A stretch of DNA of 52,206 nucleotides, the filler included, from Bipalium vagum (lineage: Eukaryota): the NCBI GenBank assembly GCA_037834085.1. It is 3 parts of 3 records of this genome, joined end to end, with 100 filler letters (N's around TTAATTAATTAA, not from the genome) between each part and the next. Parts side by side here need not be neighbours in the genome. Positions count along the whole stretch, not along the records: positions 33,204 to 52,206 come from JBBMKC010013595.1; 2 more parts are not named here. One strand, written 5' to 3'. Under the pieces are notes generated by a model. That model searched no databases and was not told the origin of the DNA. It was given only the letters and a program-made list of their open reading frames with translations. Positions 35,475-49,900 of this stretch are shown here, piece by piece (position 1 is the first letter of the stretch; each line of letters starts with the position of its first letter). The position numbers and the translations under genes are program-made.

Positions 35475-35891
35475 CAGTGCAACTTCTATTTTGGACCAAT
35501 TTCTGAAATGGACCACTTCTATAATCGGACCAAACTCCATATTTTGACCAATAATTTGTACTTATCATATTTCTCGATATTTTCATATAAAAAATAAAAT
35601 TCTTGGTCCAAAAATGTCAATAATCTGTTTAAAAATTTAATAATTTGTTTTAATAATATTTTGGTATATAACATTTTCAAAATCAGAAATGAGTAAAAAA
35701 TTATCATATGAAGATAAATATATTATTATTATTGGACTTATTATTGTTTTTTAAATTTCTATTATGAACATCCATATAAGTTCATAAAAACATATTTTAT
35801 GGCCTTTTTATGTCTTAACTTCTAATATTGGACCAACTTCTATTTTTGGACGACTTTTGAAATTTTATGGTCCAAAATAGAAGTTGCACTG
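35475..35891. mobile_element. MITE (Tc1/mariner-pogo type), copy 1
   Basis: Perfect 24-bp TIRs CAGTGCAACTTCTATTTTGGACCA, flanking TA dinucleotides, non-coding interior with repeated GGACCA motifs. Confidence 0.93.
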
Positions 35892-36499
35892 TAGTATAAA
35901 ATTAATATTTTTGTAGACAAAGCACACGGTTAATGTGATAATTTGTATCTCTTATTTATTAATATTTAAAAAATTATCTCTGCCAATATTTTTGTTTTAA
36001 AGTATATTAAAATTTAATAAAAAAATGTAAAAATTAAAAACTGTCTTAAACAATATATATTTTATGTTTCATATTATTTGTCAATTTTATTTTACCATTA
36101 TTTTAATAATAAAAAATTAGCAATTTATTATGAGACAATAGTGTAAATGTACTACTATTATTAACATTAGTGTTTAGTTATTTTTAGTAATTTAATATAT
36201 AATTTTGTATATTTTATATAAAAAGTGTCATCAACTAAAAGATAATCTATATTTTTGTATATATAATAGTAATAGTAAATGTAATAGTAAATTATTTCCA
36301 ACAAAAATCTTTTCCAAAAAACAAAAAACAAAAACATGTAAACAAAATTTTTCTGTGGAGAAATTTTTAATATTTAAAATTAGGCTTTCATGAAGACAAA
36401 AATATTGTTCTCCATTAATGAATATAAAATAATATTTATAAAACATCTGTATCGGTTAAATAAGTTTTATTATTAATATATTTTGTGTAAGACATTAAC

Positions 36500-37200
36500 T
36501 CCGGCAAAACTAGATTTCCTTCATTAAACTAAAATTCATTACACATAACACACCGTTGCCAACGGACAACAAACTTATTTAGTTCAATTGTATAAAATGT
36601 CCCTATTTTTGAACTGTTTTATCTACACGAATTGATCTTTGCTGCTTAAACCTGGGATAATCTGCGAAGAGAGGTCCGTAGAATATGATGAGTGATTCTG
36701 TTGCGTCATTTGTGCAATATGTGGTGCAATAATTATCTGCAAAAGAATTGGGCGCCTTCTATTCACAAATGTAAGATAAAATCTTAAATTTCTGCTGCAT
36801 TTCTTCGAGATTCTGGCAAAATTTAACTGTTATGATACCTTCACGTGTTTTAGAAAGTTAAGTGTATAATACCATTGAAATTCCATCAAACAGTTAAAAT
36901 TATCTTATTTTGGAAAATTTTTTTTTCAGAAAATTGTTTCGGGGACTCTTTTTTGTCCAATTATTAAACGAAATGCTTTCTGTTGACAAAAAGAGACAAC
37001 GTCTTATCACATATCACAATACAATCGAGAAATGAACCGTTGATTTGAGGTGGTCAAGTTACATGAAGTCCTTCAGTTGATCGTTGTCAATATCTTCATA
37101 CCAACCAGCGACCTTTAACATCATTGACATTAATACGTTCATTTCGGATTTTTTGGGAAAACCTTGAACTGTGCATTTGTTAACAGTACCCTCCCCCTTT
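36500..37200 (-). mobile_element. Heavily decayed mariner element
   Basis: FVNRRRPILLQIIIAPHIAQMTQQ...HSSYSTDLSS on the minus strand, with a VRWQRC-type C-terminus at ~36555. Confidence 0.65.
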
Positions 37201-40200
37201 CGCTATTGTTTGCTTGCGAGATATATACACATACATCTGTTTATTAATTTTTTATTGGTGATTATTTAAATAAAGAACATGTGATATCTTTAAATGATTT
37301 TTAGAAAAATCTTTTATGATAATTAATTTTTATAAATATTTTACTTTAAAAGTATGAATACTAAAAAACATGCATTGATTTTCTACCAACCGATATTAAT
37401 AGGCATAATCACGAATTCTCCTGGTTATGATAAATATTTGTAAAATTTATACAGACATTAAAACAAGTTTAAAAAAGTTTTGAAAATCATTTATTATTAA
37501 AAAAAAATATTTTTAAATGACAAATGAAAACTAACATAGCCATAATAAATATTGATTTTATGAATTACGAGATGAAAAAAGGATTCATAAAAACATTATG
37601 AAAATATAACGTTGAAAATAAAAAGCAAAAATGAAATTTTATGCAATATATTGTACTACTATTTTTTATTATTATAATTATTATTATTATATATGAGAGT
37701 TACATTTTTGTTAAATGAAAAAAAAATTGTTATACACGTGACCAAGAGTTAAAGCTCAAATTATAATGCAAAAGTGAATATAAGACAGGTTGGGTATTTT
37801 AATGTTAACAAATTCATAAAATCATAAAATTTCTGTGAAACCTGTATAATTTATTTTTCAATAAAGTCTATTATTAAAACTGTTTATGAAAATAAATAGT
37901 ACATTGTTTTGTTCGACAGTAAATATTATAGAAATAAATAAATAAAACAAATTGTGTAAAATGAGTGGAAATTATATTATTGTAAATATTACTGAGTGTG
38001 TTTTACTATACCTGGATAGTGTAACTTACGTATATAAAAATATAATATTTTGGCCATTGTCATACCTTTTAACATATTTTTAACATGTCTATAATTATAT
38101 ATAAAAATTAATATTTCCTAATTTTAAGCCTAGTCTTATCAAGTCTTATTTGAATAGCATTAATAAAATTATATTTTGTTAATATTTAACTTTGATTCAA
38201 GACATTCCTAATCTGAATCGGTGTCTTTTGTACGGTTAGGTTCTACGATAATAATTTGAGCAGAACAAATAATACACAAAGGTTTATTACTCTTTCCCAA
38301 ATGAGAATGACAATATGAATTGAAAAACTGAATAAAACTACACCACAGCAACTCAAATCGTATTAAAATTCACGAATACTTCTCCCTGTCTAATACTACC
38401 AAAAATAAAGTAATTCTCATTATGACGTTATTCAATTATAAAAAATTCAATAAAATGCTAACTAAACACTCCAATGGAATTCAAAAAATTCGAATGACAT
38501 ACTACAGGATTAAATGACCTACCATATCATAAGAGAAGTAGAATAGAATAAAATAAAATGGTTAATTTCACCAAAGGAAATTTCTACACAATCCTCTAAA
38601 CAAGATACACTTAAGATTTTTTTTCAAGTTCGATTGTATGTTTTCAAAAAATCTGTTATATTACGCTAAAAAGTATATAATATATATAGAATTGGAGCTT
38701 TATAAAAAGACATAATTTGTTGAATTCAGATGTGACAATTTCGATACCTCTGGACCCCAGTGAGACTGATTTAAATGATCTTGAAGCATTCATCAAGAAA
38801 ACTCACAATACCACAATACAATATACAATCCAAATATACAGAGGTATATTATAATAAGCAAAAGTCAAGTATCACCTAAATAAATTTTATTATTATTTAT
38901 TTCTTTACCACATAAGTTAAAAAAGGCAATTTATTGATACATATTTTAGTATGTAATAGAATTTATTATTATTATTATGTATTAAAATACAGCGAAACAA
39001 ATACTTTGGATATGTACTTCTCATAATTATTCAAGTTGAGCAATGCAATACACGAAAAGTACTCATAATATGCAAATCACAATGGAAAATCAACACAAAA
39101 GCAAGATAATATATTATTGATTCAAAGGATGAAACTATTGGGTTTTATATCGAAGTTTTACCTCATTTTCCCTATTTATCGTAATGCGGTCCTATGAAAA
39201 TCCTTAAACAGAAAAACACCTATTGATGAGACCGGTAGGACACATTAATTTTTTCATAATTTTTAATAATTTTCTGTCAGTAAATCCCTAAGTTTGACAA
39301 ACATTTTAATAAAATTTTTTTTAATTATTATCTCCAATGTCTTTGGAAAAATTTTCCTTAATTGATAAAATTCACCTCAACTTTACAAATATTTAGTAAG
39401 GACAAATACAAGTTTTAGTAAATAAAGATTTCCAAATTTTAGACATATAAAAAGTTTAATTTCTAAAAAGAATAATAATATATTATTTAATAATAATTTC
39501 AAAGAAAATTATAAGACGAAAAATGTCCAAAAAATTTAATGAAAATGAAAAATTTTGAATTTATTTAATTAAATTTATCTCTCAATTAAATTAATATAAT
39601 CAATACATACCTTTGTCTTTTAAAGTAATATCTGAAAAAGCACAATATAACCCAAGCGTAGGAACCATATACACTTAATTGTAAAATAATAAAAATAAAA
39701 AGAATAAAGTAAAAGAACAAGTTTGTTCATAACATAAAAAACTTACTTAAAATAAAAAATAAAATAAGAAAAATGTTTAAACAAACTGGAAAACAGGTAG
39801 GAAAAGAGTAGAAATAAAGGAGAATGGAAAGAAATAAATATAATTCAATGCTCTCCTACTGTCTTAATCTCACTTTATTATCTTGGCTAATGTGAGGAAA
39901 ATATCCCACAAATCCCATACTAAACGACTACACCAACAGAGGTAACGCTAGTTTTACTTTCATGTCATTAAGCTGACATTCATTATTTAATAAAAAATAA
40001 CAATTTGTGCCAATAAATCTTTATTACAAATCACAAAACCAAATAAATCGAACGATTCAAAATCACAAACAGTTCATAATCAATTTAAATAAAAAATAAT
40101 ATACTGTAATAATAAAAAATAAAAAAAGTTTTATAATAATATAAGACCACGAGTTGATTTTGGAATTTCCTGAATAGTTTAAGCCTACATGTCAACGGAT

Positions 40201-41089
40201 CATCATCATACAGTGATCTCTATAATCACACAAGAACAGACAGCGTTAAATAAAAAAATCAGTTATATCTAAACATGTAAAAATGAACTCCGACAAGAAG
40301 AAAAAAACATAACAAGATTATCAATTGTTCTTTCCATCGAACAAAACAGCAATTAGAAGAAAAATTTAAAATAAAAATACAAAAAATCAATAATTTCAAA
40401 TATCCAAATTCGCTCTTCACCGTGCCCGACCAGCATAGTTGAGATTCTAAACAGGTTTCTTGAGGATTCTGGATGCCATCGATATTGGCCTTTGTTTATG
40501 GCGTTGCTAAAACAGAGAAGGAAAAATATTTACAACTTTAAATGCAAGTCTCATTGAAACGAACAACAAAACAACAAACGAATGAATTATTCCCATAACA
40601 ATGCCAGATTATTTATAAAATTCACTTGCGTCACAACACTTCTACACCTTTACATTACGATTGTTTCTAATAACGACCTGCTTCTCTGTAACAGTCGAGA
40701 ACGAAAAGCGCTCGCTTTCCCACCATTGGTTAAGCGACGGATGACGTTGAAAACAATCCCCAATGGTGGCGATGGGAAAAATGTCATCAAAGAAAGGAAT
40801 TGTTTAGATTGAATTATTAATATCATATTTTTGATGGAAAATGATGGTAAAAATGACAATTTCAACTGACCCTTTTACAGTTGACAGAGAATCTTGGAGT
40901 AGAACTAGTTGAAAGATGAAACAAAAAGAAGTCAACAGGAAAGGAAAAGAAGCAAAGAAAATATTTCTAAACTTATAAAAAATATAGTCAAAATCAATAC
41001 TTTATTTATAGATATATAAAAGATTTTTATCAAAGACTGCTTGGAATCAATGTGAGTCGAAAAACTTTGTTCAATGGGAAAAGCAATAT

Positions 41090-42255
41090 CTGATAGGGAA
41101 CAATGAAAAGTACAACCCTTTAAAACATGTAGTTGTTATATAACTAGTGCATTTGTTAAAATTATTTGTTTCAACTTTTTAACTAAAGTGAAAAGGCAGC
41201 TAATGAAATGATGTTTAGCAATATTGATATTTACTAATTTTGTATTAACAAAATGTTTATTTGAAAAGGATGCTAACAAAAAATGAAAAGGGGTGAGATT
41301 TGTAAGATTTTACACGGGGAGAATATAATAAATGAAATGCTCAATGGAGCCACCAGAAAATTTCAGTTTATTTAAAGATGTCTCGAAATACAGTTGCTAA
41401 ATATTGTCAGCAACTGTAAAAAATGTATGCTCCGATAGAGACTAGAAGATCACAATGCAAAAACTGTAAAATCACAAGTGAGCAAGATGAAAGTCATATC
41501 GTACTAAATTTTGAAGATATTCGATTTAGAAGTGCTGTCGAAATACAAAAGAAAAGGAAACAAAACCTGATTCAAAGATTGAAAGATCAAAGAAGTGAAT
41601 GGGCACTCATTCACTTACACTGTACATAATATGACTGGTTTCGCATTGTCTTCAGTAATGAGAGTAGACTATTCAATTTGTGGTCAGACGTATAGGATAA
41701 CGGTATAATGAAATTGCTCATGTGAATCGAAGCAGAGGCAATTATATGATTTTTGGTACTTTCTCTGTGAATGACTATACACTACTATTATACCGATTAA
41801 AAGTTGTACGTTGAATTCAGAAAGGTGCCAACAACTTCTTAGAACTGGTCTACTGTCGTTTAAACGCACTCTTACCAAATGAAGGTCAATTTTAACAAGA
41901 AAATGTTTTTACACATCCCTCCGGATCAACAAAGATATTTTTGGAGTTCAGTGATGAACAATGTCTTTCCAATGCCTAGTATTAATCTAGATATGAGCCA
42001 AATCGAAAATGTATAAGGTAGTATGGTGTGCGTTCTGAAACGAGATTATGAGCTTCCAACTGAAAATGACAAGTTATTATCTGTGTTGGAGGAAATATGG
42101 AATGATTTAATGAGAATGGAATCCATGATTGATCCGGTTAAGACTTTGTATTACATTTCTGGTGGTATAACAAGTTATTTGTTTGTTTGTTTATTTTAAA
42201 AAATGTGAAAATATATCTTTTTAAACATGTTTGTACTTTTCATTGTCTACAGCTG
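41090..42255 (+). mobile_element. Decayed Tc1-like element with TIR remnants
   Basis: Inverted repeat ACAATGAAAAGTACAA (41100-41115 / 42231-42246). Internal RSEWALIHLHCT*YDWFRIVFSNESR and PSINLDMSQIENV (SPDLNPIEN-like). Confidence 0.8.
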
Positions 42256-44487
42256 TAATAAAAGGGAAAAAACAAAATCAAGAGTTCAATGAGAACTCTC
42301 CCAGCATTTAAAAACAACGATATTACCAAAATGATAAAAAATTTCTTTAACAGTTGATCGACAACATTTCACTCTTTTAAGGATTATAAAATAAAATGGT
42401 AGGGAGTACAGGTCTAGACAAAATTGAAAAAGCAAATTCTAATTCAGCAAACAGATATTGTTAACAAGGGGGGACGGATAAATAAAAGAACTCCAAAGCT
42501 GCACGTTGGTTAAACACAGTTTACAGAGGCAAGCTACTACAGATGTCAATTAAAGATGGATTTCGAAATCTTTTTTTAATCATTTTTTGCAGGTTTCATT
42601 TCGAAATCTATTTTTAAAGACAAAATTTCAGTAAAAATCAAAAACTTGCTGTTGATTATCGATGTGTCTCTCTTAATGAAAAGTATTCCCAGATAATTAT
42701 AGTGAAATAATAATAATGAAAATAAAATTTATAAAATCAATAATAAATAGTGCTATAACGTGTAAAAGAATAAAATAATAATAATGAAAAAATAATAAAA
42801 TGTTTGATAATAAAATAAAACTAAACAAATCTAAAAATCTGTTTCGATTCAGATTTTTGATTTCATGAATTAGGCCTTTGTTTTATTAAACAAAACATTG
42901 ATACTTAATAATAATATAACATTTCATGATCATTATGATCAGTAACTTAAAAACCTTTTGAACCAGCAACTGAAATTAAACATGAGAACAATGTTTCCTG
43001 TGCCAGCAGTTGACAAATGTTCCCGTTTTGCTCATTTCCCTGTTGACCGTCCAATTTTGTTGTGTACATTTTTTTCAAAGGAACTTCAAAACAGATAAAC
43101 TTTCATTGGAAAATTCGATAACAAACAAAAGGATCTTGAAAATAAAAGTAGTTGTAAACAGAAATTCTTTTATAAATAACTGCACAATGAAGCTTTAAGA
43201 CTGAGACAAGAAGATAATTGTTAAAACATCCTCGACGGTATTATGCTTGGATAATAGACATAATACCATATATATGATCAGAGATTCGAACCTTTCAGAT
43301 AACTCATTAAATTAAAAAGCCGGGATCAATGAGAACAAGGGTAGTCAATTTATACCAACAGGTGTTAAACGATTTTTGTATAAAAAAGACATCATTCATA
43401 TATTAAGAATAAAGCAGTTTTCTTCGAAATTCATATTTGATCTGAGCACTAAGCGATATTTTGTACATATTATGAGAATTAAGGTTTAATCAAGCCTTTT
43501 CATATAATAAAATCCCAGCACTGTATTTTCAAAAAGGTTAGTGAGTATAAATAGAATAAATTGTCTAATGTATTGGGTATATAGAATAAAACTGTATACA
43601 TTATACACTGATACGACCTAGAAAATATCGAATAATGGATGTTTCAGTAAATAAAAGTACAGTAATAAAAATAAGCTAAGTAATGTTAACAATCCGAAAA
43701 TATATGACCCCATTGCATAAAAAATAAAAATGATATAATTCTTTATAATATTAGTAGACGATAAATATGCCAGTAGGAAAACATAAAGATAATCTCAAAT
43801 AAATCTCACTTAGAACCACGAAAAAAATGATTTTGGTTTCTAAATAAAATCAAAATAAAATAATAAAAATATCAGTGACAAATGGCGGTATTTTGGGTGT
43901 TATAATTTTCTGTGGCACGAGATAAATGTTGACAATTTATGCTCCTGGTTTCTTATAATCAGATTATTGAAAGAAAGCGATAAAGTTAAATGCGAACTCT
44001 TTCGTACATCTTTCCATCATGAAGAACCCTGTCTTCTTCTTCACTTGCTTTATTAGCATCTTGGACAGCGAGATATATTCTCTGAGCATTCTCAATGAAT
44101 AATTTGAGAAAATATTGGTTGTTTCTACTGACTTTTGTAAATTTTGCAGAGTAATTAATTATTGAAAATTGTTATGATTAATAATAATAATAATAATTTT
44201 TATTATTATTATTTAAAAGAATAGTGGTTTATTCGTCAATTTCTCTAATGATTAATCAAATAGGTTTTATCTAATAATCCACAGGCAAATTGTTTGTGTA
44301 ATAAAATTTCTATCTTAAAAGTTAAACCAAGATTTTAATAAAAGTAGCAATAAATATTAATAAATCATGTTTAGTTTTCATTCCATGTTTTTTTCTAACC
44401 CACTTATCGTTTACATGTCTGTTTCATCACTCATCACAACTAATCATGCTCATTTTCCAGCCCATGTTTTTTCCAATCCAAAAAATA

Positions 44488-44900
44488 TTACGAAAAAAAT
44501 AAACATACAAAATGAATAAAAACAATAGAAAGACAATTAAATGAACAATAAAACAATTTATTAAATAAATCAAACACAGCATTGGGATTTTTCTTAAGAA
44601 AATTTTGTCTACAATTCCATTCGACCAGGTAAAACTTCAGTACCGTTCCATATATTCCCCTAAAACATTTTTTCTCGCTTTTTAATGTTTCCCAGAGAGA
44701 CTCAATAGTCTCTTTGCTCACCAAATTATGTTTGAGATTGACTGTGCGATGAGTAAAATTTTTATCCTTAGCCAATTGTCAATAGGCTTTCTTCTTATCA
44801 CTCATTTTACATGGTACTTTTTTTAACAACGGTTCTTATAATGGATAGCAAAGTGACAGCACTTCTATTGTTGACTAAGATCAAAAATATTTTCACACAT
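44488..44900 (-). mobile_element. Merlin/ISXO2 (IS1595-like) transposase C-terminal fragment
   Basis: FTHRTVNLKHNLVS..TIESLWETLK...YLVEWNCRQ matches the H.TVNHS...TIESLW motif. Confidence 0.7.
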
Positions 44901-45411
44901 AAGAGTTTATATAACATTTTTCTTAAAACCCTTGTTGACAACTTTTTAAAACCAATTAACGACAAGATTTTTTTATAACTCATTACATGATGTTTTTTTC
45001 CTAACCCCTTGATGACAAAGTTTTTTTGTAACAAAGGGCACCGTGTTCTTTTTCTAACCATTGAAGACAAGCTTTTACTTTAACCCACTGCCTTTGATTA
45101 AGTATTTTATCTAATCCAATTGTTTTGAAAATTAAACATGATCAAATAAGTATCACAATTTTCAAATATTTCACTGTTAATTAGTATTTGTAAAATTAAA
45201 TATTAAAACAAATTTAAAAATTAATAAATATAAATATAAGATTTAATAGACATAAATTTTACTAAAACCTAAACTTTTCTAAAAATTGATTTTAAAATTA
45301 ATTTTTTTTGTTAAATTTTTAAGTAATATTATATTTAAAAATATAAAAATTCCAAAATATAAATGATATAATATAAAACTCTGTTGAAAATATTCAAAAG
45401 TGGCTGTAATA

Positions 45412-46055
45412 CAGGGTGTCATAGAAGACGTTTTACTACTTTGAATCCAGTTAATCGGGAATAATACATGGCCTACTTAATTTAAAAGCCTATAAGATTA
45501 GTTTAATGGAGCAGCATAAAGAATCAGATCATCAATGTCGTCGAAATTATTGCAATTGGTAGTTAGGCCGTTTTGTTGATGATCCTAATGTTTGGATTAA
45601 AATCATAACAAAAAATGAAAGAGTAGAACAGTGATTAACAGACAAATTTGAACAACACAGGAACGATTACACAACTGAAATATAATATTTCTGCACACAT
45701 AGCTATGATCTCAACGGACTTATGTGATAATGTTATGAAACATGGAATAAAAATAGCCAAAATTTGTAAGGCTACCAGACGGGGTCATTTGAATGACATA
45801 GTTACAGTATGCGCCATATTATTACAACCATTTAATTTTTTTCATATTTTTTGAAGGTATCTTAACTTTTTTTAGAATGAATGATTATTAATAAAATTAC
45901 CAATTTTTTATTCCATCATTATTAAGCATGGGTAACGGTAAATTGTAATGTTTTGTATTTACATAAAAGTATAAATAAAACTATTTGGGTTTTTAATTTC
46001 TTTGTACGACGCAAAAGGGAGTGAAAGTAATAGAGCACCTTTTAGGACACCCCTT
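45412..46055 (+). mobile_element. Internally deleted Tc1/mariner (DUF4817-type) element
   Basis: TA-CAGGGTGTC left end and GACACCCC right end. Remnants LNLKAYKISLMEQHKESDHQCRRNYCNW and TITQLKYNI...CKATRRGHLNDIV. Confidence 0.7.
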
Positions 46056-46946
46056 ATAATTTTTAATTATTTTCTGATTCTGCCGTTGGGGCATGTCAAT
46101 TCATCACTTAATTGTACTATTGTTGTAAAATTTTATAAAATTTAATTTTTTCCCGAAAATTTTCGTTAAAACATCAGAATTTCAACTTAAGTCAAACCAT
46201 TTCGATCTTTACTTTGTAGTGGGTCAACTTGCCACCATGTTTATGTATTACAGTTTTTGTCGTGATGCCTCGAGTGGGTCTGAATAGACTTCCAGAGATT
46301 GAATAATTATGCAGATTAATGATAATCTGAATAAATCTTAAAAGAACACTTCTTATAATCTTTTGTAGTTGATTGGAATTTCACGGACCATTTTGCATAA
46401 CATTTTTTTTCATTCTCACATTTTGAAAGGTGAAAGTCTGTTTATGATAAGAATTTTTATTTTCTTAAATCTAAGTCGATATGATGATTAGAGACATTTA
46501 TTGACACACGAGGATCATTTCGAAACCGTATTTGGGTTAAATATTAAGATTTCTTAAAAGAACATGGTAGTTCTGTTGACAAAAATTAATGTGCAAATAT
46601 AAGAATGTTAGAAAGTATTTGAGTCAAATAGTTTTTGAATCCCTCAAAATTAGATGAAAGATAAGAACATCTTATTTGCGCAAATAACATCAGACTAGAT
46701 ATCTTGGGTAGCAAAACAATGACAGTAGAAATAAATGAGGTAGTGAAGGACATTCTTCTTAAAGCTGAGAGAAAATGTGAGTTGAGCTATCTAACCAGGC
46801 TTGGATTTGCAGTGGACCTTGTTAAAAGAATTCAACGGTGCACGATATAATTTATTATCAATAACAATCAACATAATGATAATATAAATAGTAAAATTAA
46901 TAATAACCAAAATAATAATTATTTCATGAATTAAAGTCAAACTCAC

Positions 46947-49900
46947 ATGTCTGGAAATTAATGCTGATTTTTTAAATGATTCTGCCACCATTTTCGTTGC
47001 ATTCTGGTCCCTGTGTCTTAACAATTCAGCCCTTAAAATGATATCATTAGTTAGTTTGGCCTCCCGCCTCATGGAAATCCTTAGTTTATCTGGAACATCG
47101 GGAATAACGGCTGATATAATGGCCATGAACATGTAAACAATATTCTATGAGGTAACAATAAAAAGATGAATACTCAACCGGTTATTAAAAAAATACTTCA
47201 AATAAATATACAAACATAAACTTAAAAGCTAAAATGTGCCAAAATGATGTCGTATATTCGTATGGAACGAATCTCTCTTCCCAAGGAGGATACTGATATC
47301 CCATATACCTTGAATTTTGTCAAGGTTATCGTTATTGGAAAAAACAGAAAGACAGTACTTGCAAAATGTCTCATTGGAATATTTTTTCGATGAAATATAA
47401 TTTGACGAATTCATGGAAGAGAGTGCAAACTCGACAAATCCATCAAGCGAACCATCGGGACTGTAGAACATCTTATAAACAAATCTATCTATGAACCGTG
47501 TACCAAAGGCAATAAGAATAGCCTAGAAAAAAAAATATTCTATAATTATAAATTAATGATAATTAAACATAAAAATGTTCTTAGCAGTTCTAAAAAATAT
47601 AAACAAAAGAAGACATCAACATTCAAATTATTAATTATAATTAGAACAAATAATTGATCATTTTTTAATTAACTAATTTAATTTAGTTAACTAATTTAAA
47701 TATCCTTGTCTTCTTTATTTAAAATTTTAATATTATTATTTATCAGAGAATTTGCAAAAATATATTTTTTGAATATTTTGATATTTAAAATAATTTAAAA
47801 AAAAATAATATAAATAAAATAAAAGATAAAGTAAAATTAAAAATTATAAAATATAAATAATTATTTAATATTTCTTAGTATTTTTCTTATTTTAAAATAA
47901 AAATAATACAGTGCAACTTCTATTTTGAACCACAAAATTTCAAAAGTGGTCCAAAAATAGAAGTTAAGACATAAAAAGGCTATAAAACATGTTTTTTATG
48001 AACTTATATGGATGTAATAATAGAAATTAAAAAAAAACAATAATAAGTCCAATAATAATAATAATATATTTATCTTCATATGATAATTTTTTACTCATTT
48101 CTGATTTTGAAAATGTTATATACCAAATTATTATTAAAACAAATTATTAAATTTTTAAACAAGTTATTGAAATTTTTGGACCAAGAATTTTATTTTTTAT
48201 ATGAAAATATCTAGAAATATGTTAAGTACAAATTATTGGTCCAAATATGGAGTTTGGTCCGATTACAGAAGTGGTCCATTTCAGAAATTGGTCCAAAATA
48301 AAAGTTGCATTGTAATTTAAATTATAAAGTGGTTCAATATTAATTAAAAGTAAACATTGAAATGGGGACTATTGATTTCTATAATTAAAAGATTTTAATC
48401 AATTATAAAGTTTTTAATATGAAATCCGTTTATCAAAAAAACCTTGAGAAACATATATATTAAAAAGATTTCCGTAGTATAATAAACAAATAATAAGAAA
48501 TTCAAAGGAAACAAAAAGAACTCAATTGTGGTATATAAAATAACAAGAATCAATATGAATAATAATATTATTATTGATTATTAAAGGAAAATTTTATTTT
48601 TTTTAAAATAAAAATTACATAATAAAAATAAATTATATAAATAAACAGATAATTTTCACGATGGGAAATCGTCATTTTAAAATACAACAAATGGTCTGGT
48701 GGGATGGATATATCAAATGTCAACTTGTGATTAGCTTATATTTGAGGTATAATCAATTTAAGAAATAAGAAATATTTTTATTTATTCACTTTAGGGTTAC
48801 CTTCATGAGATACTTCAATTTAATTATAGAGCTTACGTTAGATTTTACAGCTATTTGGGCCACTATTGACAGGAGACTAATCCATATTCCTAAATTAATT
48901 AATAAGTAATATTATCAAAATTTGCAAACCTATGTCTTTAACTCGCTGGGCTACCGGTCTTCTCAAGGCTCTCACGAACTTGAGAGCATCACCTCTTATT
49001 TCCAGTAAATTATTCATTAAGGCCAATAGAGGGGCAAGAGGAAAAGCTGGTATGAAGATTGTTATGAAGCCAAATTGTATTACTAAACAAAAAAAACAAA
49101 TATTATTTATAAAATTAAACACACGGTTACTGATAATTGTCAGTAATGTATAGCTTAATTATTATATATGGAATTAATAATAAAATAAATGATTTTGTTT
49201 ATGTTAAAGACATTATTTTTTTCTAAAAAATCATTTTTTTCCAAAGTTTTACTTTTCAGATACATTTAGATATGAACAAGATAAACTTTTGCAGTTCACC
49301 CAAATATTATATTATATATGAAGTCTTGTGAAATATTGAAAATTTTAATGACTCTCTTTGGATAACGTCTAATTTGTGGACTTTACATCCTCTAGAAATA
49401 GGTGTGGTCTAAAAATTTATTGGAAATTAGGTTTTATGTTTAAGGAAAATGATTATGAGCAACATTTTTATATAAATAATAGATACTACTTACAAAGAGG
49501 TGGCAGTAAAATATAATTACAATATATTATTATTATTATTATTATTAACCATAAGATAGAGGTGGAGAAGAAGAAAAGTCAATCTAATCTAAATATATAT
49601 TCCAATCCAACAAGTCTAAAACCAAGCAGAACATTAAAAGAAAATCTGATTTACTCTGCCTTTGAGAAAACGAGCTAAGACTACACAAATATATAGAGAA
49701 ATCAGTAGCACTTTCACCTAATGACATATTGCCTTGTATGTGTACAGTATTATTGGAATGTTCATTTTGTATGTGAGTTAAACTTAAAAGTAACGTTAAA
49801 TTAAAACAAAATAATCACAAGCTCTATTGATATTAATTTTTCAATAGCCACATAAATTTTTAATTTATAATATTAATAATGATAATTTTTATTATTATTA

